Shown piece after piece: positions 27,999 through 37,400 of a DNA stretch of 55,661 nt (within the stretch, counting starts at the first letter, position 1; each line of letters begins with the position of its first letter). Under the pieces are notes generated by a model. It searched no databases, was not told where the DNA came from, and saw only the letters and a list, made by a program, of their open reading frames with translations. The translations under genes and the position numbers were made by a program. Origin of the DNA: Anaerovoracaceae bacterium (GTDB lineage Bacteria > Bacillota > Clostridia > Peptostreptococcales > Anaerovoracaceae); the NCBI GenBank assembly GCA_047637815.1, contig JBLJBD010000058.1, forward strand, positions 1 to 55,661, read 5' to 3'.

Positions 27999-28004
27999 CT
28001 ATAA
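27996..28004 (+). promoter_or_regulatory. extended -10 promoter (TGCTATAAT) for the YprB-like gene
   Basis: TG-C-TATAAT at 27996-28004, immediately after the terminator U tract and 31 nt before the ATG at 28035. There is no good -35. Confidence 0.4.
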
Positions 28005-28034
28005 TGGGTATAAAACAAACCGAGAGGTATCTCT

Positions 28035-29048
28035 ATGATTTCACGAATCATTGCCTCCTACCAGGAGGAATTTTATCATTCCCGGCTTTTTAACCAGTAT
28101 TTCGGGGAAAGCCGGATTGCTGTCGCCGACATTGAAACCACCGGATTGAACCCCCTCAGCACCGCTTTTATTCTGGGAGGGCTTATTTCCATTCCCGACA
28201 GTACTTCCGAGCAGTACTTTACCGAAGACCCTGCCATGGAACCAGAGCTGCTGACGGATTTTCTCAGAAGGCTGACCGACTTTGATGTGATCATTACCTA
28301 TAATGGCCAGTCTTTTGACCTGCCATTTCTCCTGAAGCGGGCAGAACATCATCGGCTGACCATTCCCCGGGATCTGCCCTACAATCTGGATCTCTACATG
28401 ATCCTGAACGGCCATTCCAATCTCCGCCGTTTCCTTCCGGACCTGAAGCAGAAAACCATCGAAAATTTTCTGGGCCTATTCAGTGACCGCCAGGATGAGA
28501 TTTCAGGCAGGGAAAGCGTCGAACTCTATTTCAGCTATTTGCGGACGAAAAATCCGGAGACCAGAGAAAAAATCCTTCTTCACAATCGGGATGACATCCA
28601 TCAGCTTGCCCGGCTGCTCCCCATCATCGAAAAGGTCAATTTCCAAAAGGCGATGCACCAAATGGGCTTTCCCCTTGCCAATGCTCCCGTAAAGGGAACC
28701 GGTCTGCTGATTCGATCCGTCAGCCTGGGAAATCGGGAACTGAGTGTCTCCGGTGTCCAACGGCACCAGCCGGTGGAATTTCACTCCTTTGGTACCGTCC
28801 AAGCCGGCTATCGGGCCGCCTTTGACCGTAATGAAGGGGATTTTCGACTGTCCCTGCCCCTCTTCAGAATTGGGGAATTCACGGTGGTGGATGCGGCGAA
28901 ATACCTGAAGGAGCTTGCCCCTCTGGAAAAATACCCTTCTCTGCAGGATGGATTCCTGATCCTGCAGGATGACAGGGAAATCCGTTATCAGGAACTCCAT
29001 CACTTCATTCAACTGTTTCTCAAAACCATCGGAGGTCAGATATCATGA
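28035..29048 (+). CDS. RNase H-like (YprB/MrfB-like, DEDD-type) exonuclease domain protein
   Basis: N-terminal IAVADIETTGL (Exo I-like), ITYNGQSFDLPFL (Exo II-like) and HNRDDIHQLARL (Exo III-like). The C-terminal ~130 aa are unassigned. Confidence 0.65.
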   Translation: MISRIIASYQEEFYHSRLFNQYFGESRIAVADIETTGLNPLSTAFILGGLISIPDSTSEQYFTEDPAMEPELLTDFLRRLTDFDVIITYNGQSFDLPFLLKRAEHHRLTIPRDLPYNLDLYMILNGHSNLRRFLPDLKQKTIENFLGLFSDRQDEISGRESVELYFSYLRTKNPETREKILLHNRDDIHQLARLLPIIEKVNFQKAMHQMGFPLANAPVKGTGLLIRSVSLGNRELSVSGVQRHQPVEFHSFGTVQAGYRAAFDRNEGDFRLSLPLFRIGEFTVVDAAKYLKELAPLEKYPSLQDGFLILQDDREIRYQELHHFIQLFLKTIGGQIS

Positions 29049-29971
29049 GAACCAAAACACGACTGGATCAGGTTTTTGCAGATGCCTTTCCCGTCCCCTT
29101 CGACGAAAAGTCTAAGTTTGTCTTCTTCAGCGATCATCACCGGGGAGATGACAGCCTTTCCGACGAATTTGGGAGGAACAAGCACATTTTCAATCATGCA
29201 CTGAATTATTATTATGAAAATGACTTCACCTACGTGGAAGTCGGTGACGGGGACGAGCTCTGGGAGCACGCCAATTTTGAGCATATCCGAAGCGCTCATG
29301 CCAAAACCTTTGATCTGCTTAAAAGCTTTTTTGATTCGGGACGGATGCTGATGCTTTTCGGCAATCACAACATGAAGTACCGAAAGAAGCATCACGTAGA
29401 AAAAGACCTTTACCAGGTCTTCGACGAATACCAGAATGAAACGGTGGAACTCTTCCCCGGTATCGACGTCCACGAAGCCCTGATCCTGACCCACCGGAAG
29501 ACCGGACAGGAAGTCTTCGTGGTCCACGGCCACCAGGGAGATCTGCTCAATGACCATCTGGCCGGAATCTCCTACGTCCTGATTCGATTTTTATGGCGCT
29601 TCATGCACCTGGTGGGGGTCAAATATGCGGCCAGCCCGGCTAAAAGCCGTCGAAAAAGGCATAAGGTCGAAAAAAATTATACCAAATGGAACCAGGATCA
29701 TGATACAATGATAATTTGTGGGCACACTCACAGACCTAAATTTCCCAGAGCCGGAGAAGAAGCCTACTTCAACTGCGGCTGCTGTATGCACCCCCGGGGA
29801 ATCAACTGCCTGGAGATTCTATACGATCAGATCATTCTGGTCAACTGGGGAGCCGATACAAAAAAAGATGGTTCCATGTATATCAAACGAACTGCCGTAC
29901 AGGGTCCTGAGCCAATCGAAAGCTTCCAGAAGCGGCCCAGAGAAAAGGAGGATTTGAACGATGAACTATAA
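29045..29971 (+). CDS. metallophosphoesterase (calcineurin-like/LpxH-like)
   Basis: Motifs in order: FFSDHHRGD, GDGDELWE, GNHN, VHGHQGD and GHTHRP. The start forms an ATGA overlap with the upstream gene. Confidence 0.8.
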   Translation: MRTKTRLDQVFADAFPVPFDEKSKFVFFSDHHRGDDSLSDEFGRNKHIFNHALNYYYENDFTYVEVGDGDELWEHANFEHIRSAHAKTFDLLKSFFDSGRMLMLFGNHNMKYRKKHHVEKDLYQVFDEYQNETVELFPGIDVHEALILTHRKTGQEVFVVHGHQGDLLNDHLAGISYVLIRFLWRFMHLVGVKYAASPAKSRRKRHKVEKNYTKWNQDHDTMIICGHTHRPKFPRAGEEAYFNCGCCMHPRGINCLEILYDQIILVNWGADTKKDGSMYIKRTAVQGPEPIESFQKRPREKEDLNDEL

Positions 29972-31238
29972 GGAACTTACCCGCCAGATAAAATTGGACA
30001 GTTATCAGATGTCCAGCCTGCCCCTCTCCCTTCGAAATCAGGCACTGGCGGATATCCGGGACAGCCTCTCTGACCAGCGGGAAAAGATTTTTGCCGCCAA
30101 TCAGGAGGATCTGGACCGTGCCATTCGGAATCAGGAACCCCAGCCCATCATCAACCGACTGGTCTTTGATCACCACAAACTGGATGATGTGATTCAGGGA
30201 TTGGAAAGCCTGATCGGCCTTCCGGATCCTCTGTTCCGGGTCCAGCTTCATCGGGAACTGGATCAGGGATTGGTTCTCAAGCGGGAAACCTGCCCCATCG
30301 GTGTCATCGGCGTCATTTTTGAATCCCGGCCGGATGCACTGGTACAGATTTCTTCCCTGTGCATCAAAAGCGGCAACTGTTCCATCCTGAAGGGGGGCCG
30401 GGAAGCCGCTAAAACCAATCGGGCTCTTTTTGACATTATTTACGAAGCCGGAATCAAGGCAGGCCTGCCCGCTGGATTTATGACCCTGGTGGAGAGCCGG
30501 GAGGCGATCGACGAACTGCTTCATTGCGATGAATCCATCGATCTGCTGATTCCCCGGGGATCCAATCAATTCGTTCAGTATATCATGGAGCACTCCCGAA
30601 TCCCGGTTATGGGCCATGCCGACGGTGTCTGCCATGTATACATTGATAAAGATGCCGATCCGGACAAAGCCCTGCCGGTCATCATGGATTCCAAAGTTCA
30701 GTATGTGACCGCCTGCAATACCCTGGAAACCCTTCTGGTCCACCGGGATGTGGCTGGCGAACTGCTCCCTGCTCTGGTGGACAGCAGTTATACCGGAAGC
30801 GTCGAGCTTAGGGGATGTCCGGATACCATGAAGATCATCCCCTGCAATCCTGCTACTGAAAAAGACTACAAGACCGAGTATCTGGATTATATTCTGGCTA
30901 TCCGCATCGTGGACAGCCTGGAAGAAGCCATTGACCATATCAACCGGTATGGCTCCCACCATACGGACTGCATTGTTACCGAAGATCAGCGGTCTGCCGA
31001 CACCTTTATGACCCTGGTGGATTCGGCCAATGCCTATCAGAACTGTTCCACCCGGTTTGCCGACGGATTCCGTTACGGCTTCGGCGCCGAGGTAGGGATC
31101 AGTACCGGGAAACTCCATGCCAGGGGACCGGTAGGGTTGGAAGGTCTGGTAACCTATAAGTACAAACTGACTGGCAATGGCCACATCGTGGCAGACTATG
31201 CCGAAGGACGAAAGAAGTTTAATTTTAAAGAAGTTTAA
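29961..31238 (+). CDS. proA: glutamate-5-semialdehyde dehydrogenase
   Basis: 425 aa with VIGVIFESRPDA, the catalytic region CNTLETLLVH and HTDCIVTED. Overlaps the metallophosphoesterase gene by 11 nt. Confidence 0.93.
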   Translation: MNYKELTRQIKLDSYQMSSLPLSLRNQALADIRDSLSDQREKIFAANQEDLDRAIRNQEPQPIINRLVFDHHKLDDVIQGLESLIGLPDPLFRVQLHRELDQGLVLKRETCPIGVIGVIFESRPDALVQISSLCIKSGNCSILKGGREAAKTNRALFDIIYEAGIKAGLPAGFMTLVESREAIDELLHCDESIDLLIPRGSNQFVQYIMEHSRIPVMGHADGVCHVYIDKDADPDKALPVIMDSKVQYVTACNTLETLLVHRDVAGELLPALVDSSYTGSVELRGCPDTMKIIPCNPATEKDYKTEYLDYILAIRIVDSLEEAIDHINRYGSHHTDCIVTEDQRSADTFMTLVDSANAYQNCSTRFADGFRYGFGAEVGISTGKLHARGPVGLEGLVTYKYKLTGNGHIVADYAEGRKKFNFKEV

Positions 31239-31271
31239 TTTATGGATAAAGGTAAAAAGTAAGGAGCTACA

Positions 31272-32864
31272 ATGATCACTGTTAATAACGTAAGCATGAA
31301 TTTCAGCGGCACCACCCTGTTTAAAGACGTAAACCTGAAGTTCGTGCCGGGCAACTGCTATGGCATCATCGGAGCCAACGGCGCAGGCAAGTCCACCTTT
31401 TTGAAGATATTGTCGGGTGAGCTGGACCCTACCACCGGAGAAGTGGCGATCGGCAAGAATATGCGGATGTCCGTCCTGAAACAGGACCATTACGCTTTTG
31501 ATGAATTTACCGTTCTGGATACCATCATTCAGGGCAACAAACTGCTCTATGACATCATGAAGGAGAAAGATGGCCTCTATGCCAAGGAGGATTTCAGCAA
31601 CGAAGACGGAATCCGGGCCTCTGAGCTGGAAGGTGAATTTGCTGAACTAGGAGGTTGGGAAGCGGAATCCGACGCCAGCCGTCTGATTCAGGGGCTGGGC
31701 CTCAGTCAGGATATCCTCTGGAGCCAAATGTCGTCCCTGACGGAAAAAGAAAAGGTCAAGGTCCTGCTGGCTCAGGCTCTATTCGGAAAACCGGAAATCA
31801 TCCTGCTGGACGAGCCAACCAACGGTCTGGACATCCTGGCCATCAACTGGCTGGAGGATTTCCTCATGGACTATGAAGGTACCACCATTGTCGTTTCCCA
31901 TGACCGTCACTTCCTCAATACGGTCTGTACCAGCATCGTGGATGTGGATTACGGGAAAATTAAAATGTACGTGGGCAACTACGAGTTCTGGTATGAATCC
32001 AGTCAGCTGATTCAGCGGATGATCAAAGACCAGAACAAGAAAAGTGAAGATAAAATAAAAGAACTTCAAAGCTTTATTCAGCGTTTCTCCGCCAACAAGA
32101 GCAAATCCAAACAGGCTACTTCCCGAAGAAAGCTCCTGGACAAGCTGACGGTGGATGAACTGCCTTCCTCCTCCAGAAGATATCCTTATGTAGGTTTCAA
32201 ACCGGATCGGGAAGTGGGGAAAGAAATATTAACGGTTGAAAATCTTTCCAAAACTATTGATGGAGTTAAAATCCTGGATAACATCAGCTTCCGGGTCAAC
32301 AAGGATGATAAGATCGCCTTTGTCGGAGAAAATGAAATCGCCAACACCACCCTCTTCAAAATCCTGATGGAGGAAATGGAACCGGACGAAGGCTCCTTCA
32401 AATGGGGGATCAGTACTTCCCGCTCTTATTTCCCCAGAGAAAATAATATTTTCTTTGAAGGCTGCCAACTGGATCTGATCAAGTGGCTGGGCCAGTATAC
32501 CGAAGAGACCACAGAGACTTTCATGCGGGGCTTCCTGGGTAAGATGCTCTTTTCAGGTGACGATGTTTTCAAACCGGTAAATGTGCTTTCCGGAGGTGAA
32601 CGGGTCCGATGCATGCTTTCCCGAATGATGCTTTTCGGATCCAACGTGCTGATTCTGGATCAGCCTACCAATCATCTGGATCTGGAATCCATCACCGCCC
32701 TTAATGACGGGCTGATCGAGTTCAAGGGAATCCTCCTTTTCGCTTCCCATGACCATGAATTCATCCAGACTACGGCTAACCGGATCATGGAAATCTATGA
32801 GGACGGTCATATGGTGGACAAGGTCTGCACCTACGATGAATTTGTGGCCGAATTCGGCAAATAG
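31272..32864 (+). CDS. ABC-F family ATPase (two ABC domains, no TM domain)
   Basis: Two Walker A / signature sets (GANGAGKST ... LLDEPTNGLD; second domain LSGGERVR ... ILDQPTNHLD) with an inter-domain linker. 530 aa. Confidence 0.88.
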   Translation: MITVNNVSMNFSGTTLFKDVNLKFVPGNCYGIIGANGAGKSTFLKILSGELDPTTGEVAIGKNMRMSVLKQDHYAFDEFTVLDTIIQGNKLLYDIMKEKDGLYAKEDFSNEDGIRASELEGEFAELGGWEAESDASRLIQGLGLSQDILWSQMSSLTEKEKVKVLLAQALFGKPEIILLDEPTNGLDILAINWLEDFLMDYEGTTIVVSHDRHFLNTVCTSIVDVDYGKIKMYVGNYEFWYESSQLIQRMIKDQNKKSEDKIKELQSFIQRFSANKSKSKQATSRRKLLDKLTVDELPSSSRRYPYVGFKPDREVGKEILTVENLSKTIDGVKILDNISFRVNKDDKIAFVGENEIANTTLFKILMEEMEPDEGSFKWGISTSRSYFPRENNIFFEGCQLDLIKWLGQYTEETTETFMRGFLGKMLFSGDDVFKPVNVLSGGERVRCMLSRMMLFGSNVLILDQPTNHLDLESITALNDGLIEFKGILLFASHDHEFIQTTANRIMEIYEDGHMVDKVCTYDEFVAEFGK

Positions 32865-32922
32865 CAACCTTTTTCAGAATATTGCAACTTCGCATTTTAG
32901 CCACTTTTAAGGTTGATTGATA

Positions 32923-32951
32923 TTGACTAAAATTTTACAAAGTGCTATATT
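32923..32951 (+). promoter_or_regulatory. candidate sigma-A promoter for gdhA (TTGACT-17 nt-TGC-TATATT)
   Basis: TTGACT at 32923-32928 and TATATT at 32946-32951, with a TG at -15/-14. Confidence 0.45.
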
Positions 32952-33011
32952 TGACATGAGGTAATCCACTTTATTTTAATCAAATCAATATAATTAAAAG
33001 AGGAGAGAAAA

Positions 33012-34358
33012 ATGGCAAATATCGTTGAGCAATACATTGAGATTGCAAAAAAAAGAAACCCTGGTGAATCAGAATTCCATCAAACTATAGAAGAAGTTCT
33101 GCATTCTCTGGAGCCAGTCCTTGAAAAGCACCCTGAATATGTGGAAGCTGGCCTGATCGAAAGACTGATCGAACCGGAAAGAGCAATTTCATTCAGAGTA
33201 TCCTGGGTTGACGACGCTGGAAAAGTACAGGTTAACCGAGGCTATCGATATCAGTTCAACAGCGCAATCGGGCCTTACAAAGGCGGACTTCGATTTGCAC
33301 CGAGCGTAAACCCCAGCATCATGAAATTCTTAGCTTTCGAGCAGATTTTCAAAAATTCCCTTACTGGTCTTCCCATCGGCGGAGGCAAGGGTGGAGCGGA
33401 CTTTGATCCAAACGGAAAGTCCGACGCAGAAGTTATGCGTTTCTGCCAGGCTTTCATGACTGAATTATATCGACACATCGGACCCATGACGGACAGCCCT
33501 GCTGGCGACCTGGGAGTCGGAGCAAGAGAAATCGGTTATCTGTTTGGTCAGTACAAGAGACTTGCCAACCAGTACAATGAATCCGTTACTGGAAAAGCCA
33601 TTCCTTACGGTGGATTAAACGGAAGATCCGAGGCAACCGGATTCGGAATCGTATACTTTGCAGACTGCATGCTGCAGGCAAACGGCGAAAAAATGGAAGG
33701 CAAAACAGTTGCCCTGTCCGGTTTCGGAAACGTTACCTGGGGTACTGCACTGAAGCTGCAGGAACTGGGCGCTAAGGTCATCACCATCTCCGGACCGGAT
33801 GGATACATCCTGGATGAAGCCGGAATCGATACCGATGAAAAGATTGCTTACCTGCTTGATCTTCGAAACAGCGGTAAAAATATCTGCGCACCTTATGCTG
33901 ACAAATTCCCCGGAGCTAAGTTCTTTGCCGGCAAGAAGCCTTGGGAAGTTAAGGCTGACTTATATATCCCCTGCGCTATGCAGAACGATATTCGTATTGA
34001 AGATGCTAAGAACATGGTTGCCAATGGAGCTAAGTTCCTTTGCGAAGGCGCTAACATGCCTACCACAAACGAGGCTCTTGATTACCTGATGGAAAATGGC
34101 GTTATTATCGGACCTTGCAAAGCTGCCAATGCTGGTGGTGTTGCCTGCTCCTGCATCGAAATGGGACAGAATGCCGGACATACCGTATTCTCCCCCGAAC
34201 AGGTTCATGCACAGCTGAAGACCATCATGGTCAACATTCATGACAGCGCTGCTGCTGCTGCTAAAGAATACGGCCTTGGCTACAATCTGATTGCTGGTGC
34301 TAATATCGCTGGATTCAAGAAGATCGCCGAAGCTATGATGGCCCAGGGAGTTGTATAA
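33012..34358 (+). CDS. gdhA: glutamate dehydrogenase (hexameric GdhA type, probably NADP-specific)
   Basis: 448 aa with GPYKGGLRF, KNSLTGLPIGGGKGG and GFGNVTWG. Confidence 0.93.
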   Translation: MANIVEQYIEIAKKRNPGESEFHQTIEEVLHSLEPVLEKHPEYVEAGLIERLIEPERAISFRVSWVDDAGKVQVNRGYRYQFNSAIGPYKGGLRFAPSVNPSIMKFLAFEQIFKNSLTGLPIGGGKGGADFDPNGKSDAEVMRFCQAFMTELYRHIGPMTDSPAGDLGVGAREIGYLFGQYKRLANQYNESVTGKAIPYGGLNGRSEATGFGIVYFADCMLQANGEKMEGKTVALSGFGNVTWGTALKLQELGAKVITISGPDGYILDEAGIDTDEKIAYLLDLRNSGKNICAPYADKFPGAKFFAGKKPWEVKADLYIPCAMQNDIRIEDAKNMVANGAKFLCEGANMPTTNEALDYLMENGVIIGPCKAANAGGVACSCIEMGQNAGHTVFSPEQVHAQLKTIMVNIHDSAAAAAKEYGLGYNLIAGANIAGFKKIAEAMMAQGVV

Positions 34359-34396
34359 AAAATACCCCAACGTTCATCACAAAATAATCAAAAATT

Positions 34397-34428
34397 CAGG
34401 GTGCCCGATGGGCACCCTGTTTCTATTT
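34397..34428. terminator. intrinsic terminator between convergent gdhA and addA
   Basis: 10-bp GC-rich stem CAGGGTGCCC / GGGCACCCTG with loop GAT, followed by TTTCTATTT. An A run on the other side allows bidirectional use. Confidence 0.8.
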
Positions 34429-34454
34429 CATAATGGATATTCCCTTATGATCGT

Positions 34455-37400
34455 TCACTCGACCTGCAGTTCCCTGTCAGCACCGAAGAGGTACAGAAAG
34501 CTCTCTTTGACCTTCCTGCCTGTGCTTTCTTCCAGGGCTTCCCGGTACACGGCAAGCTGCTCCCGATATTGTTCTCCGATGGAGGCCAGCTCCAAGGGGT
34601 TTTCCGGATTACGGACTACGTTGGTCTTGTAATCCAGCAGGACCAGCTGATCCCCTTCCCGAAAATAGCAGTCAATGATTCCCTGGACCAGTACATCTTC
34701 CCCATTGATAGATCGAAGTAGGGTAAAAGGCCTTTCCTTCTGCAAATCGGGAGAACGAAGAGCTCGTTGACCGATCGGGGACTGGAAGAATCTCAGAATT
34801 TTTTCTTTTGGTATCAAGTCTCGTTCTTCTCTTGTGATGATCTGCCGTTCTTCCACCCAGTCCAGCTGTTGATCCAGATATCGTCCCAGACTTTCGGTGG
34901 GTCCTTCCTCATAATGACGAGCTGCCTGCCTGAAATCCAGGCGCATCATAAAATCGTGGATCAGCGTTCCCTTTTCTGTTGGAGTAAGCTCCCGCTGACC
35001 CAATTCGAAGAGGGGCGCCTTCAAAGGTTCCCGTCCGCTTCTAGTGCCCCTGAGAGACAGGGCCTTCTGGTTCAGTTCCGTCACCGTTACTTTTGTTTTC
35101 TGGCTGACCGCTTCCTCGTAGGGGTATCGATAGCTCAGCCTACTGTCTATCTTCCGATACAGGGACCCCACTTTAGATTGGCTGTCGTGCTCCGGTACCG
35201 TTTCCCTTCCCTGAAGAATCCTTCGGATATCATCCACATGAGGATTGGTCTTAGCGGACAGGGGGGTAATTTCCTGAATCCGGTGGTAAACCGGCTTAAT
35301 AGAACTATCCACCAATGCCGGCAACAGAATTTCCAGGTAGGAGGAGGCTGCCGTCAGGTCTCCGGCTTCCAGGGAATCCACCTTTTCTCTGGTTTTTTCC
35401 AGATCCGCAACCGTGCCCAGAAGAATCAGCTTATCCATGGCTCTCGTAAAAGCCACATAAAGGATTCGGATTTCTTCCTCCATGTCCGTCATTCGTTCCT
35501 TCCGCCGAATCATGGTCTGAATCAGTGTCTTGCGGAAATACTTTCGGTTCTGGTCCACTAAGCTTAAAGAAATTCCAAGATCCTTGTGAATGTCCATATG
35601 GGAAGACTCACCGGACAGGCGAAATTTCTTGCCCAGGCCGGCCACCAGAACCACCGGAAATTCCAATCCCTTGCTCTTGTGGATGGTCATGATCCGAATC
35701 ACATCATCGTTTTCAGAAACCAGGCTGATCTGCCCGGTTCGGACTTTTTTATCCCGGATGGCATCGATGTATCGGATGAAATTGTACAAACCCTTCCCGC
35801 TTCCCTGGCGGAACTGAACACAACGATCCACCAGGAGGCGAAGGTTCGCCTGTCTCTGAGTTCCTCCCGGCAAGGCACCTGCATAGAGATAATAGCCCGT
35901 TTCCTTCATCAGTTTCCAGACGAATTCATCCAAGGCCATGGACCGGGACAGCTTTTGCCAGCCCGCAATCATTCGGAGAGCCTTTTCTCCTTTCTCCCGG
36001 AGTGGAGTTGGATCCCCGTCTTCCAGAAATCCCTCCAAGGCTTCAAAAAAGCTCCCTCTCTTCCGCCGAATCCGGATTTCTGCCAGATCGCTTAACGTAA
36101 AACGGAAAATCGGGGAATGAAGAACAGAAATCAGCGGAACATCCTGCCTTTTGTTATCAATGACCCGAAGCAAATTCATCATCTGCCCAATCTCAATGGT
36201 GTCAAAATATCCATCCCCATCCTCCACATGGGCCGGAAGATTTTCCTGAATCAGCACCTGACGGAATTTATCCGCATAATTCCGGGTTGCCCGCATCAGA
36301 ATGACGATATCTTTCTTTCCGATTATCCGCTCCTGATCCTTCCGGTAATCATAAATGGGCTTGCCGATTTGCTCCCGAATCAGTCGGGCAGCTACGTGAG
36401 CTTCCAGCTCCGCTCGCTTCAATTCTTCCAGTTCTTCCGGCAGTTCCTCCTCCTCCTCCTCCAGGTGTTCATCCAGGATGTGGAGTTCAGCAGGATGATC
36501 CAGCTCTCCCTCGTAAGGAACCCCCTGATACAGAGCTGCTTCCTCATCATAGCCCTCCATGATCCGGGAAAAAACCTGATTGACAGAGCGGATGACATTT
36601 CCCTTGCTCCGGAAATTCTGGTTAAGATCAATTACCTCTTGCCCGGGGTCCATCCCTTTCCGAAACCGATGATATTTTTCCAAAAATATTTCCGGCTCTG
36701 CCAGTCGGAATTTGTAGATGCTCTGCTTGACATCCCCTACCATAAAGAGGTTGTCTCCCTGCTGAATGCGACTGATCAGTGCTTCCTGCAGCAGATTGCT
36801 ATCCTGGTATTCATCGATGAAAATATAGCGGAAACGGCTCCGGTATTCTTCAGCAGCCTGATCATTCCTGAGTATTTGCAGGGCAAAATGCTCAATATCG
36901 CTGAAATCCAGGAGGTTTTTTTCTCTTTTTTTCTCCTGAAAGATCTCATGAAACTGAATCATCAAATCCCGTAAAACCCTGGTCATGGGATGGGTTTCCT
37001 GAATGTCCTTCAAATGGTCCTCCAGGGTTCTGCCTCCCGTGATTTTCCGGACTGCTTTCACATATTCCTTCCCACGATTCCGAATCTTGTCCACCCTGGG
37101 TTTTATTTCCTCGAAGATTTCTTTATTTTCTTTTTTTGCAGCAAACCGCTGATAACTTATTTCCTCCGTCAGAGCCAGTGCTACCTGAAGGTCCAGTTCT
37201 TTCATTCTGTCCTTCAGCTCCCGGATCATCCGTCGATCTTCTTCTGCCTTAAGATGCAGTTCCGGGATTCCGGCTTCTTCCAGGATGTCGCAGACCCGGC
37301 TGAAGGACCGGACTGCCAGGTCCATGGATCGGTCCATACTTCGTCGGATTTCTTCTGCCAGAAGGCTGCTTTGGAATCCTGTCGGTTCGATTCGCAGCTT

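Noticed and set aside
27953-28003. A 16-codon hydrophobic mini-ORF, MDCSPAVCFVFWFFLL, overlapping the terminator.
   Set aside because: It has no SD, the sequence is dictated by the terminator stem and U tract, and the stop falls in the next promoter. It is most likely fortuitous.
29883-31490. A 535-aa minus-strand ORF covering proA.
   Set aside because: It is codon-aligned antisense to proA, which has clear family motifs. The antisense product has no recognisable features.
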